This document shows, one piece after another, positions 21,941 through 35,924 of a stretch of 64,000 nt of DNA. This DNA is from an uncultured delta proteobacterium. GTDB lineage: Bacteria; Desulfobacterota; Binatia; Bin18. Each line of letters starts with the position of its first letter. Position 1 is the stretch's first letter. Below the pieces are notes generated by a model. That model searched no databases. It saw nothing but the letters and a program-made list of their open reading frames with translations, and was not told the DNA's origin. The stretch is from contig CAVTCR010000059.1 of NCBI GenBank assembly GCA_963733195.1, forward strand, positions 64,001-128,000. Direction: 5' to 3'. A program made the position numbers and the translations under genes.

Positions 21941-22431
21941 GTGTTCTTTTCCTTTCTCCGTAGTTCCGCCACCAAGGAAAGAGCAACGTGCAGCCATTCT
22001 GGTCTGAGTGTCCCACGTCGTGTGAGCCGTGCAAAATCTTCCAGTATCCGTTCGAGCGGAATCCGTTCCTGATTATAGAGCTGTACCAGATATGCTGGAG
22101 TATTGACCACATTCACCCCGGCGGCACGTGCCGCTTCATAAGGTCGCCAGTCATCAATCAGGAGTACGAGCTGTCGTTCCAGGGCAAGGTTGATCGCCGC
22201 ACGTTCTCCGTCTCCATAAAGCGCGACCTTTGTCATTCTTGGTGTTGCCAGCTGGATGGTTTTGGCGCTCACGTATCCCTTCAGTTGGAGACTGGTTGGA
22301 TTCTCTCGACCTAACTCCTTTGCCACAGCGCGCGGACACAGCAACGAGTAATCTGCGAAGAGGAAGTCGACAAGATCCAAGTACACTGCATGAACCCAGA
22401 ACGAACTATCAAAGACAGCTTCCCTGCGCAT
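21937..22431 (-). CDS. PIN-domain toxin (DUF3368-like)
   Basis: AVFDSS, GERAAINLALE, LLIDD motifs. Confidence 0.85.
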   Translation of the reverse strand: MRREAVFDSSFWVHAVYLDLVDFLFADYSLLCPRAVAKELGRENPTSLQLKGYVSAKTIQLATPRMTKVALYGDGERAAINLALERQLVLLIDDWRPYEAARAAGVNVVNTPAYLVQLYNQERIPLERILEDFARLTRRGTLRPEWLHVALSLVAELRRKEKNT

Positions 22432-22437
22432 GGGAAG

Positions 22438-22466
22438 ATGCTAGGCTGCTTTCAAAAAGAAAGCAA
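22438..22466 (-). promoter_or_regulatory. Sigma-70-like leaderless promoter with overlapping inverted repeat
   Basis: TTGCTT-N17-TAGCAT-N6-ATG; IR tgctttc-N5-gaaagca. Confidence 0.6.
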
Positions 22467-22483
22467 CAGAGAAGATCAGAAGC

Positions 22484-22591
22484 TTATTGGCTGAGTTTGT
22501 CCAACAAGGCCTTCGCCTCTTGTAAGTCCTTGGCATCGAACCCTTCGGTAAACCAGTTGTAGATATCCGACAATAGATTGTGAGCCTCGGC
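22484..22591 (-). pseudogene. Orphan 3' tail of a cyclase-STAND-TPR gene
   Basis: Translates [35 protein letters not shown], with no upstream gene body. Confidence 0.9.
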
Positions 22592-22630
22592 GGGCCGGAT
22601 TAGAAAACTTCATGGCCTATACTCGGATGC

Positions 22631-22661
22631 AAAAAAACGGGCAGCCATCCTGGGCTACCCG
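22631..22661 (-). terminator. Intrinsic terminator
   Basis: cgggtagcc-loop-ggctgcccg followed by T7 on the minus strand. Confidence 0.7.
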
Positions 22662-22695
22662 TGCACTCTCGTCAATTGCGATCTTCAAACACTTC

Positions 22696-22842
22696 TCACC
22701 CACCGGCAATCCCAACCATAAAAGCGATCACCTCTCCATCATCGAGGGGGTTATCGATACCGATGCACCGACCCTTTGAGTCGAGAAAGAGGGTGCCTTT
22801 GTTGTTGAGGTCTTTGGTCTCTGGATCAATCAGGAGCGCTTG
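22696..22842 (-). pseudogene. C-terminal half of a MoaD/ThiS-like ubiquitin-fold protein
   Basis: LLIDPETKDLNNKGTLFLD...LDDGEVIAFMVGIAGG* ends in diglycine; no own start, overlaps the VOC gene end out of frame. Confidence 0.65.
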
Positions 22843-23422
22843 CCTTCTTGGCCATCTCCAGATACCGCTCTTTGTCCGCTGCCGAAGCTGGTTTGTGTCG
22901 CAGGTCTCCTTCAGTGCCCAACTCACGTGTCCAACTAGCAAACTCCAGCAAAATGCCATCAGGATCAAAGAAATAGATCGAACGTACGAATGTGTTATCG
23001 TTGACGATGCGACTCACTTGTTGAGGGGTGTCGTCGTGGTTGATCACTTCTGTCACCTCAACGCCTTTGGTGCGAAGCTTGTCACGATATTCTTCAATCC
23101 GTTCGGCTGGTACGTCAAACGCAATGTGATTCATCGAACCGTGTGCGGTCACAATCGAGCCCTGGCCAACGTTTTTCTCGGGCGAGGCGATGCCCGGTGC
23201 CGCTTCAGGTGCATTGGGAAACCAGAAAAAGGCCAGGCCGTCACCGTTGCCGATATCAAAGAAGAAATGTTGGCCCATGCCGTTGGGCAGCTCGATAGTC
23301 TTGGTCATCGGCATGCCCAGAGTGTTGGTATAAAAATCGACCGTCCGCGCCATGTCCTTGCAGACCAAAGCAAGATGATTGACCCCTCGTAGTTCAAACT
23401 CTTTATTCTTGCGTTGCGTCAT
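22826..23422 (-). CDS. VOC/glyoxalase family protein
   Basis: GVNHLALVC, MNHIAFDV, SIYFFDPDGILLE. Confidence 0.9.
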   Translation of the reverse strand: MTQRKNKEFELRGVNHLALVCKDMARTVDFYTNTLGMPMTKTIELPNGMGQHFFFDIGNGDGLAFFWFPNAPEAAPGIASPEKNVGQGSIVTAHGSMNHIAFDVPAERIEEYRDKLRTKGVEVTEVINHDDTPQQVSRIVNDNTFVRSIYFFDPDGILLEFASWTRELGTEGDLRHKPASAADKERYLEMAKKASAPD

Positions 23423-23503
23423 AGGTTCGTCCCTCCTTTGATGTAATGGATGTAATGACAGCATCTCACTTCTACTCCTCTTTTAGGGAGGAGCAAGTAG
23501 CAA

Positions 23504-23537
23504 GTAGGCCGGGATAAGGCGCAAGCTGTTCCCGGCA
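23504..23537 (+). repeat. GTAGGCCGG-type REP palindrome
   Basis: gtaggccgggataaggcgcaagctgttcccggca; similar copy at 32443-32473. Confidence 0.65.
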
Positions 23538-23542
23538 GTCAA

Positions 23543-25966
<2,424 letters not shown>

Positions 25967-26027
25967 TTACAGAGAGAGCCGTCCTCCAAGCCGTCAGAAA
26001 AGCTGCCGCTCTGCTCAACCTTTTCTC

Positions 26028-26638
26028 TCACGTCTCAGTTTCGTCTGTGAGCACCACTGGCTCATATCCATTTCAACGTCAGCAAATGGTTCAGCTCGCA
26101 CTAGCTCTGCATCGACCGAAAGGCATTCCACGTTGACCCACCGCCCACCGTCGACGCCGCTCATACGCTTCTAAGGTGCGGGCAATAGGATCAACCAACC
26201 ATAGAAGACCAACGCCTTCACGAGCGTAGATAGGCTTCTTCCGTACTCGATCAATACGAGCGGTCTGTGAAGAAAGGAGCTTCACATACCCAATCCTGGA
26301 GACTGTAACGTTCTTCAGCCATATCCAGGAACGTCGGAAGAATCGGCCTCCGTGCTTCGTCGTCACCCGCAAGGGCTGCCACTTCCTCTCCACTTCCTCT
26401 CGGATCGGCATCACTAAGAGAGGACCGGCCACCCAGTTGTGGAGGTCGGCTACCAGAGACGAGGTTCGTATCAAACGGGCCGATATAATGGCAATGGCCT
26501 CATCATATATTGCATTCGCGCTCTCTACCTTCAGGGGACGCGGAGGTAAGTAAAGAACATCGCCATCCACGAATCTCGGCACAAGTTATCAGCGGACTTG
26601 ACGGAACCTAAAGGTACGATACGGACTGCTGCGTTCAT
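26028..26638 (-). CDS. Uma2 (DUF820) PD-(D/E)xK endonuclease-like protein; heavily frameshifted
   Basis: SD GGAGGT, DRVRKKPIYAREGV..LWLVDPIARTLE, VRAEPF..VEMD tail. Confidence 0.8.
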
Positions 26639-26713
26639 GACACCTCCAATTCTCCTTTTCAATCCTCAATTGCTCACTGACTCAAAAAGTCCGACCCATT
26701 TGGACACCAGACT

Positions 26714-29700
26714 CTAGACTCGTAGTTCTAGATTGTCGAGCAGCTCTTTTGCCTCTTGCAAATCCTTCGTATCAAACCCCTCGGTGAACCAGTTGTATAC
26801 GTCCGACAACAGCTTGTGAGCTTCGGCTGTCTTGCCTTGGCTCTGCCAAAGGCGAGCGAGACTGGTTGCCGCACGCAGTTCCCAAGACTTAGCTTGCTGC
26901 TTCTGGGCGATTTCGATGGCTTTGAGAAAACACTCTTCGGCTTCTGACTTCCGCCTTCGACTCTGGACTGCGCTACCTGACTTTGGACTCTGAACCTTGA
27001 ACCTTGAACCGTTGGAGCGTCAGTTCGCCTTTCAGCCGATACAGCTCCGCCTCCCACCAACGCTCTCCGTTTTTGTTCACTATAGCTAGCGCCTCAGCCA
27101 GTACAGATAAGCCCTTCTTCTATCTGCCCTACTTTCCCATATGCTTCGGCCAATAGGGCAAGACTATGTGGCCTTTGAAGCTCTACCCCCATAGTTTGCC
27201 AAGCAGTTATTCCCTGACGTATCTGTACATTCCCTTCTCTCCCTGACCTTGCTCGGCCAGTGCCCAACCCCGTATGATAGTTCCCATCGCTAAGACGGAC
27301 GGAAATCCCTGTTCGGTCGCTGAGTGAATGCTTGCTTCTGCACGTTCTAGGGCCAATTGTGCCTCTCGGCGGTGATCATGGAGCTCAGAGGAAACAAGCA
27401 AAGCCCAGGCTTGGCTGTAGGAATCAGGAAACTCTTGGGCTAGGGTGAGTGCTTCGGACATTCTCTTCAGGGCTTGGTCTGGATAGCCAAGAAACCATAA
27501 AGCCCAGGCCATAAAGGAGAGACAATGCATCTTAGGTTCCTGCAGAGTGAGGAAGGAATGAGAGCTAAGTTGCTGGGAATCATAGAGGGCAATGCTCTGC
27601 TCCAGGTGCGCTCGGGCAGAAGCAAACTTCCCAAGCCAGAACAAAGACATCCCTAACGTACGATAGGCGTCGAGGAGAAAAACGGGATCTCCTACACTCT
27701 GCGCCAGACGCAGCCGCTGCTCCGCTAGCTCATGCGCTGTCTGTAATTCTCCCCGCATTCCATAAAATGACATCAATCCCCCCAGCACTGGGAAGAGCTG
27801 AGGAGTCTCTCCCAGCTGCTGGCACAGCTCCAGCGCCCGTTGTAAACTTTTTCTACTTCCGGGAAATAACCCTTGATCGCGATCAGGGGAGTACCCAAGG
27901 TGATCTGCATCTGTAGTGTAAGTTCTTGCTGGGCACGTTCAGGAGTATCCGGTAGAGTTTTAAGCACTTCCAGCCCTTTGGTGAGATGGCTGATCGCTTC
28001 CACATAGGCCGAGCGTTGAACGGCTCTCTGCCCCGCCTGCTGCCAATACGGAATCGCCTGCTCAATCAGATCCTGCCTCGGTGTAGTGATGCGCCAGAAG
28101 TTCTGGCTGCGTTTCCTTCGTGTCTGGGAAATCGGTCTTCCAGCACCTGGGCGATCTGCTGGTGATACTGTTGTCGGGTGCTCTTGAGCAGTGATTGATA
28201 CGCCGTGTCTTGAATCAGCGCGTGCTTGAAGAAATACCGTGCCTGTTCGCCAATACCGCGCTGATACAGAATCTCGGCTTCGACCAATTTCTCCAAGGCG
28301 GCATGTAAGTCGGTCTCACTCAGAGGTGTCACGGCTTGTAAGAGGTCATACGAGAACTCCCGTCCTAATGTCGCGCCTAGTTGCGCGACTTGTCGTGCGG
28401 AAGACAAGACGGTCCAACCGCGCCAGTAAGGCTTCCTGCAACGTTGCAGGGATTGCTAGTTGGAGAGGAGGGTGAGGTGACTCCCAGACCCCTGGACTCC
28501 CTAGACGCAACAGACTCCATGACATTTTTAGTCAACTCCTCGACAAACAACGGCACTCCGTCCGTTTTGATACGAATCTGCTCGATGACCTCAGTCGGCA
28601 ACGTTTTTCCTTCCGTTACTTTCTCAATCATCGCCTCGACTTGCTTCTTCCCCAGCCGATTGAGCACCAGGTGTGAGATGTGTGAACGGGGCTTCCACGA
28701 CGGCGTGAACTCAGGGCGAAAGGTCAGCACTAGCAGGAGTTTGGTGGTCGGAATCTGGTCGATCAGCAGCGCAAGGAACTCTAACGATGAGGGGTCTGCC
28801 CAGTGCAGATCTTCCCACACTGATACTGTCGCTTGCCGTTCGGCTTGGGCAACCAACAATTGCACCAGCGCTTGCAGCGTACGTTCTTTCTGCTTCTGCG
28901 GTGTTAGGTTCAGTGGCGCATATTGTGCCGGTGTCGGTAATGACAGCAGCGCAGTGAATAGCGGTAATGACTCCTGCATGCCATACAAAGCCAAAGCCCG
29001 GTTCGAGCTTGGCAACGCTTTCTTCTTCTCGGCTCTTGTCGAGTCAAGAGCAACGTTCGCTGCAAAACGTCAATCAGCGGATATAACGCACTGTGTTGAT
29101 GATAGGACGAACAGCGGGCTTCAAAGAGTAATGAACCTTCAGCCGTGACATGCTCTCGTCAGCGTGTACGCCAGCCGTGATTTGCCAATCCCTGGCTCGC
29201 CTGACAGCAAGACGACTTGCCCCCGTCCTTCTTTGGCTTGCTCCCAGCGGTCGATCAGTAACCCAACTTCTTGTTCTCGTCCGATTAACGGTGTCAGGGT
29301 CGTCTTGCTTTCCAACTGGCTGCCACTCTGTCGTTCACTTTGCACGTGATAGACCGCGATAGGCGTATCGATGCCTTTGAGCAGATGTGAACCGAACGGC
29401 TGACACTCGAAGTGTCTTTCGACGAGCCGTCGCGTGGCTGCGCTAATGATCACCGTGTTGGGCTCGGCTAAGCCTTGCAGCCGTGCTGCAATGTTCGGCG
29501 TCTCGCCTAAGGCCAGTTGTTCCGTGCGGCCACTTGTGCCGATGTCACCAATCACCACCAGGCCGGTATGGATACCAATGCGGACTTGGAGAGGTCTGTG
29601 TGGGACAGCGGCCCCTCACCCTGTCCCTCTCCCACAAGGGGAGAGGGAACCTGTTTTGCGATTGCGGCGGTTATTTCCAATCCTGTCCGCACTGCTCTTC

Positions 29701-30237
29701 GCGCATCATCTTCATGCGCAGTGGGGTAGCCAAAGTAGACCAGCAACCCATCACCCAGATACTGCGCCAGATAGCCCTCATGCCGCTGGATAACCTCAGC
29801 GCAAGTTTGCTGGTACTGTTGCACGACGGCCCGGTAGTCCTCGGGGTCAAGTTGTGCTGACAGTGCTGTCGAGCCCACCAGATCACAGAACATCACGGTC
29901 AGCTGCCGCCGCTCAGCGGCTGGGTGTTGGGGGTTAGGGGTTAGGGGCTGGTTTTCCTGACTTTGGACCTTGGACTTTGGATCTTGGACTTGTTTTGACT
30001 CTGGACTGTCCTCGCCGTTTCTCCATTTATCCGTTTCGCCTTGATCCCTTTCCCTGTCCAAACAAGCACCTCACCATTTTCGTCAGCAGCTATCCGTTCG
30101 GCTTTGATGAGTTCGCCCTTGATGTCCTCCACATACGCATCATCTAGGTCGAAGCGGCGTTTGAGTGCCCCATAAGACAGCCGTCCACGTTGGCGTAAGA
30201 GTTCCCGAATCTGATCTAACATCTCATCGAACGACAT
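26714..30237 (-). CDS. Class III cyclase - STAND NTPase - TPR protein (paralog 3); frameshifted
   Basis: Same motif series as paralog 2; ends [25 protein letters not shown]. Confidence 0.92.
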
Positions 30238-30271
30238 ACGAGGCTGTCTCCAGCTTGAAACAATAGGATGA

Positions 30272-31091
30272 TTATTGGCCTGACGAGACTACACACACTT
30301 TTTCGGCGAAGTCCTCAAAGAAATATCCTGAGCCGCCTTCACTCACGACTTGGAGCAATTTCTCACCATCCTTTACTCGAATACCGCCGAGAACGTGAAC
30401 GCCACGCGCGAAGAACGTTGGCGGCCACGGACTCGCTGTCGGTCCAGCCATCACCACACGGCGAGCCTGCCGTGCCGCGTCGAGCAATTCATCAAGCCCA
30501 CCTTCCACTAGACGTCGAGCCAGTCATAATGACGACGCTTGCTCGCGATAGCGTCTCTTTTGCATGTTCAGGAGCGCGCCAGAACAACCGTTCGTCGGCT
30601 TTGAGGGCTTGGGGGTGTTTATCGATTACCCACAAATCGACCACTTTCCCTTTGAGCTTCTTTATGAACGGTACAAAACCACCAACCATCGCAACGTGGT
30701 CGTCAGGTCGTACTTCCGCAGCATCAAGCGCATCAACACCAACCAGCAGTTTTCCACCACACACACCGTGACGTTCCGTCGCTAAGGCGGATAGTGCATT
30801 GAGTACGGCCACGCCAACCGAACGTCGCAACGGCACTGGCGAACATGCGTACTCCGCGAGCTTCCAGGCCTCTTGCCCGGCGACACGTCCGGAAGGAGGC
30901 GCAGAAGCAGCAGATTTGGGGCAGCACACCGTGTCATTCAGATCACGAGGAGTGAAGGCAACGCCGACATGACCACTGGACAATCGCGCTGCAGTATAGA
31001 AAACGCCGATGCGGACGTCTGAGACAGTAAACGGTTCATTGCTCAGTTGGGTCTGGAGGTCGTGTAACCACATCTCGCTGATGTCTTGCAT
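30272..31091 (-). CDS. DUF364 family Rossmann-like protein; frameshifted
   Basis: IGVFYTA, GVAVLNALS, VAMVGGFVP, MAGPTAS, GVHVLGG. Confidence 0.8.
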
Positions 31092-31267
31092 AAATACCTC
31101 ACCATGACTTTCTCATAACCGACTGCGCCTGGACAAGTCCGCTTGCTTAACTGCCCAGATTTCTTGGATACTCGTATATAGCAGGAGGAAACTCGCAGCC
31201 ACGATTGAAGGAATTTTGATAATGGGAGAGTGTGGCGGTGTACTTGTACTCCCAGCAGGAGGATAGG

Positions 31268-32435
31268 ATGCAAAGTAGCCAACAACGAATTCTCACCACC
31301 CATACCGGTAGTCTCCCACGGCCTCGTCCGTTACTGGACCTTCTGATCCGCCAAGAGCGCGGGGAAAATATCAACAAAGAGGAATTTAACCGTCAGATCG
31401 AGGAAGCAGTAAACGGAGTCATCGACAAACAACTCACTGCCGGGATTGATATCGGCAATGACGGCGAACAACCGCGCTCTGGGTTCGCGGGCTATGTCAC
31501 TCAGCGCATGAGAGGGTTTGGCGGCGGGGCCACGCGACCACCATGGCGCGACTTTGTCGACTTTCCCGACTTTGCCGAATTGTGGCAAAAACGCATGGCG
31601 CACCTGACGATTGCCGCTACATTTACTACACCCCAAGCTGTTGCAGAAATCGAATATACCGATCTCAGTGCTGCAACGCAGGAATGTGACCTCTTTCTCC
31701 GTTGCGCCCAGACTCGATCACAACAATTTACCGATCGGTTTATGACCGCCGTCTCGCCCGGCATGGTCGCGACCTACCTGCTCAATGCCTACTACGACTC
31801 ACATGAGAACTACGTGTTAGCCGTAGCCAAGCAACTAAAGAAGGAATACGAACTGATTCACAGCTAAAGGGTTGCTCTTGCAAATTGATGCACCGGATTT
31901 GGCCTGCGATCACGCCTGGTTTTTTCACCATCTTTCCCTGCAGGAATTTCAGAAAGTAGTGGAATCCAATGTTGCCGCGATTAACCTGGCGACGGAGAAC
32001 ATTCCCGCTGAGCGTATTCGTTTGCATGTCTGTTGGGCGAACCTGGAATCACCGCATATTCATGATATCGCCCTGGAAAAGATTTTACCGATTCTCTATC
32101 AAGCAAAGGTTGGTGCACTGTCAGTCGAACTTGCCAATCCACGCCATCAACACGAATACTCTGTATTCAAGCAATATCCGCTGCCAGACTCCATGCTGCT
32201 GATTCCGGGAGTCATTGATCCGAAAACCAATTACGTTGAGCATCCGCAAGTCGTAGCCAATCGCATTATGCAGACAGTGGAGGCAGTCGGGGATCGGAGC
32301 CGTGTCATTGCGGGAGTAGACTGTGGGTTCAGTACCGTCGCCGGATTAGAGGTGGTCGCGGAGAGTGTGGTCTGGGCAAAATTACGTACTATGCGCGAAG
32401 GAGCGGACCTCGCCAGCGCGAGGTTGTGGAGGTGA
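31268..32435 (+). CDS. Cobalamin-independent methionine synthase II family protein; one frameshift near 31865
   Basis: ILTTHTGSLPRP, DGEQ, LQIDAPDL, LHVCWAN, PGVID, DCGF. Confidence 0.9.
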
Positions 32436-32442
32436 CATCCAC

Positions 32443-32615
32443 GTAGGCCGGAATAAGCGTAGCGTTTCCGGCATGGAGACTGGCCCTTTTTTCAAGGGCA
32501 TGACGAAGACAACACGCCCGTCATTCCGGGCGAGCAAGGCGAGACCCGGAATCCAGGAGTCATAACCACTGGCAAGTGCCCTTGTCCCCGGATGCCAGCT
32601 TTCGTTGGCATGACG
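32443..32615. repeat. Cluster of REP-like palindromes (GTAG and GTCATTCC types)
   Basis: gtaggccggaataagcgtagcgtttccggca; cgtcattccgggcg...gacccggaatccagg; ggatgccagc..ggcatgacg. Confidence 0.8.
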
Positions 32616-32620
32616 GTAAT

Positions 32621-33870
32621 CTATTTCACAAAATTAAATTGACTGCTGGGTGCCTGCTGTTTGCGCACTGTGGCACTGAGCAGGAAAAACGCCACCCAGA
32701 GCACTACTCCCAGTAGGCCACACAGTCCCCAGAGCGTGAGATACCCATACCGCCCGTAGACCCAGGTGCCACCAACGGGTGCCAGAACAAAAGCGACAGA
32801 AAAGGCTGCGCTGAACAGGCCCATGTACTGTCCGCGATTTTCGACCGGACTTCGTCGAGCCACAAAGCCTTCCAGCAGCGGTGTCGTTAGCATTTCTCCG
32901 CACGTCCATACTAATACTGTCACTGCCAGAGACCCTGGTGTCGTTCCCAGTGGCAACAGTGCAAACCCGGCACACAGAAGGAATGCCCCTACGCCGATTA
33001 CCCGTAATGTGTCAAAGCGCTCGACTACGTGCAGGATGGGCATCTGACACACCACGATCACCAACGTGTTCAAGGTGAAGACAAAGCCAATTGTGTAGGA
33101 GGGAAAGTGGTGTACGTCAGCCAATGTCAGGGGATATGCACCGAACAACTGAAAGAGCACGATGATCAAAAGTGCGGTGAGCACGAGAGTGGCAAGAAAG
33201 ACTCCATCATTCCAAGGAGATATCGATGGCATGCCGATTTCCGTTGTGGAGGAATCAGGCTGGTGCGGTGAAGGCACTGACGCGAGACTGGCGAGAGCAA
33301 ACCCCACAAGAGCCCTGCCGCCAATAACCCAACGCTCGCTTCGATCACAAAGAGCCAGCGATACGACCATGTCACCAGGAAACCGCCGAGAGCTGGCCCA
33401 ATAGACATGCCAAGATTCGTGCTCAGGCGTCGCAAGCCGAATGCCCGGACGTGCAAATGCGGTGGACTCATTTCTGCGAGCGCCGCTCCGTTGGCTGGGC
33501 GCATACTCTCGGATGCAATACTCCAGAGTATAACGGCGACCACTATGCTCAGGGGCGAATGCATTGCCCCGAGGCCTACCAATGCAACCGTCGCGAGGGA
33601 TAAACTCACTACCTGCGCTGTTACCGAACCGATGCGGTCACTGAGCCATCCACCGATATACGACCCGACGATGGCGCCGACGCCATAGAGACTGAGTACC
33701 CCACCTGCCTCCTGCACGGAGAAGCCCTGCCGTTGAGTCAAATACAAGGTCAGAAAGGGCAACACCATCGTGCCACTACGCTGGACAAAGGTGACCAGGC
33801 ACAGGAGCCATACTTCCCGTGGCAGGCCGATAAACAGTTGACTGTAAAATCTCCACATGCGATGACTCAC
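32621..33870 (-). CDS. MFS transporter; frameshifted
   Basis: GGWLSDRIG motif A, NLGMSIGPALGG, RGQYMG, TM pattern across two frames. Confidence 0.9.
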
Positions 33871-33911
33871 AGCGAGCGTATCATGCTCACACTTTGCAAA
33901 AGGAGGGGGTT

Positions 33912-34451
33912 ATGGCGAAACAGATTCGTCGCATTGTCACCGGCCACAACGCTGCCGGAAAATCGATCATTGCTCAGGATGGTATGGCAACGAGTATTCT
34001 TGAACTGCCAGCAGCTCCAGGTTTGCGCGTAACCGATTTATGGGAGACTACGACCTCACCGGCTGATCTCTCTAGTGATGCTGATCCCGTTGCACGTCCC
34101 GTGCACCTTGAACCTGCCGCGACCGGGACGATCTGTCGAGTCGTCGAGTTTCCACCGGATGCGGTCATGAACAAAGGCGGGGATTCCCGCAAGATGTTCG
34201 ACTCATTAGGCGCGAGCCATACGATGGATACAAGCAGTACGACTCCGGGAATGCACAGAACTGCATCGGTTGATTACGCGATTGTTCTCTCAGGGGAGGT
34301 TTGGGCAGTAATGGATGAGGGAGAAACTCTCATGAAGGCTGGTGACGTGCTTATCCAACGCGGAACCAATCATGCGTGGAGTAATCGCTCGAATACCACG
34401 GCAATGATTGCGTTTATTCTGGTGGGCGCGACACTACGTGCGGCGAGATGA
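33912..34451 (+). CDS. Cupin domain protein
   Basis: RRIVTGH, MHRTASVDY, GDVLIQRGTNHAW. Confidence 0.9.
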   Translation: MAKQIRRIVTGHNAAGKSIIAQDGMATSILELPAAPGLRVTDLWETTTSPADLSSDADPVARPVHLEPAATGTICRVVEFPPDAVMNKGGDSRKMFDSLGASHTMDTSSTTPGMHRTASVDYAIVLSGEVWAVMDEGETLMKAGDVLIQRGTNHAWSNRSNTTAMIAFILVGATLRAAR

Positions 34452-34501
34452 CACTAGGTCCGTCCTCGATTTTGCTTCATCAAGTCTACTTCCGCGTTAA
34501 A

Positions 34502-34620
34502 TCCTGGATTCCGGCTTCCGCTGGAATGACGAAGGCCACTTGCCCGTCATTCCGGGCGAGCAGCGCGAGACCCGGAATCCAGGAGCAGAAGACTGGATTC
34601 CCGCCTCCGCGGGAATGACA
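34502..34620. repeat. Three GTCATTCC/GGAATGAC palindromes (dRS3-like)
   Basis: Includes ATTCCC-gcctccgc-GGGAAT at 34597-34616; near-identical to copies at 32519-32560 and 41921-41956. Confidence 0.85.
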
Positions 34621-34673
34621 CTACTACTTCCCCGAGAATGGACATCCTCACTGCATGACAATTGAGATGAACC

Positions 34674-35831
34674 TTACGGCACCACAACCGGTCCCAGCTC
34701 TTTCAGTCGCGGGTAGACCTCTTTGGCAAACAGCTTCATGCCCTTGACCGTTTCCTCATGCTCAAGAAATCCTGCCTGACCCATAATCAAGAGGTGACCA
34801 AACCCACCTACATGTTTGTACATCTTCACAATCTGTTTATAGACCGAGTCAGGATTGCCAGCGAAAACCAGGCCATACTCCATAAACGATTCGAGTGAGG
34901 GATTCTGGAACAACTTAAAGATCCCTGCTCCACCGGGATTCTTCAGTGCGTTCACCGTTGCAGCGGTCGGATGATAGCCAGGCGGATTGGTAAACTGCGG
35001 TGGGACTTTATTCGATTCGACATACCACATCAGTTTACGCGCTCCTGCATAGCCTTCTTCGTCGGTCTCGCCGGTGTAGATGAGGGCCGCGTACGCAAAG
35101 CGATCTAATGCCGGCGCCGGCAAACCAAGCTCGGCACGACGCCCACGATAGGTATCAATCACCGCCTTCGTGCCGTCGAATCCGGTCAAGAAGCTGGCGA
35201 CCACATAGCCTTTCTCTGCCACTTGGCGCGCGCTCGAAGGAGTAACGGAAGTAATCCACACTGGCGGATGCGGCTCTTGATATGGTCGTGGCCAAATGTT
35301 CACTTGCCGATGATGAAAATACTTTCCTTCCCAATTGAACGGTCCGTCGTGGCTCGTCCACGCTTTAAGGATCAGATCATGCGCCTCCCAAAAGCGGTCC
35401 ATCATGTGGGTTGGGCGGTGATTCCCGGCGGACATCTCATACGGCACCCCGCGTACGAACCCAACCTCAAGGCGGCCACGTGAGTAAACATCAACCATTG
35501 CCATCTCTTCAGCCACACGCACCGGCTCACGACGATTAGCGATCGGATTGCCGAGAATGAGTAACCGAGCTTTTTTCGTCTCACGAGCAAGGATGCCCAT
35601 GATAATCGGCCCAGCAGGATTGAGATTGGTCGCAGTTTGGTGATGTTCGTTGACCATGATCTCCAGGCCGACATCTTCGGCAATCATCCACTCGTCGATA
35701 TAACGATGATACAGATCCGCGCCGATTTTAGGATCGTAGTAACGGTTTGGTAACGTCACACGAATCGAGTCATACTCTTTCGCATCGGGTAATAAATGAT
35801 AGGCATTTTCGCTAAAGTGCCAGGCTTGCAT
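34674..35831 (-). CDS. LLM class flavin-dependent oxidoreductase
   Basis: VNEHHQT, PVRVAEEMAMVD, GRLEVG, PRPYQEPHPPVW. Confidence 0.92.
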   Translation of the reverse strand: MQAWHFSENAYHLLPDAKEYDSIRVTLPNRYYDPKIGADLYHRYIDEWMIAEDVGLEIMVNEHHQTATNLNPAGPIIMGILARETKKARLLILGNPIANRREPVRVAEEMAMVDVYSRGRLEVGFVRGVPYEMSAGNHRPTHMMDRFWEAHDLILKAWTSHDGPFNWEGKYFHHRQVNIWPRPYQEPHPPVWITSVTPSSARQVAEKGYVVASFLTGFDGTKAVIDTYRGRRAELGLPAPALDRFAYAALIYTGETDEEGYAGARKLMWYVESNKVPPQFTNPPGYHPTAATVNALKNPGGAGIFKLFQNPSLESFMEYGLVFAGNPDSVYKQIVKMYKHVGGFGHLLIMGQAGFLEHEETVKGMKLFAKEVYPRLKELGPVVVP

Positions 35832-35924
35832 GGGCAAAACTCCATCAGTGTTGAGTGGTTCGTGATACGTGGATGCTGCATAGACGTTTGTCTTTTGGTC
35901 ACGTAACACGTTTCACGCATCACG

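Noticed and set aside
22661-23392. 243-aa plus-strand ORF and similar long antisense ORFs (28381-29148, 43993-44571)
   Set aside because: Shadow frames of well-supported opposite-strand genes
31855-31880. Stop-codon recoding or programmed frameshift in the methionine synthase II gene (likewise pckG, lhgO, MFS)
   Set aside because: Each break is a single frame change without a slippery site plus structure, and indels are pervasive, so sequencing error is more likely
32443-34620. Palindrome clusters as CRISPR arrays
   Set aside because: Units are inverted and variable, with no constant repeat-spacer period and no cas genes
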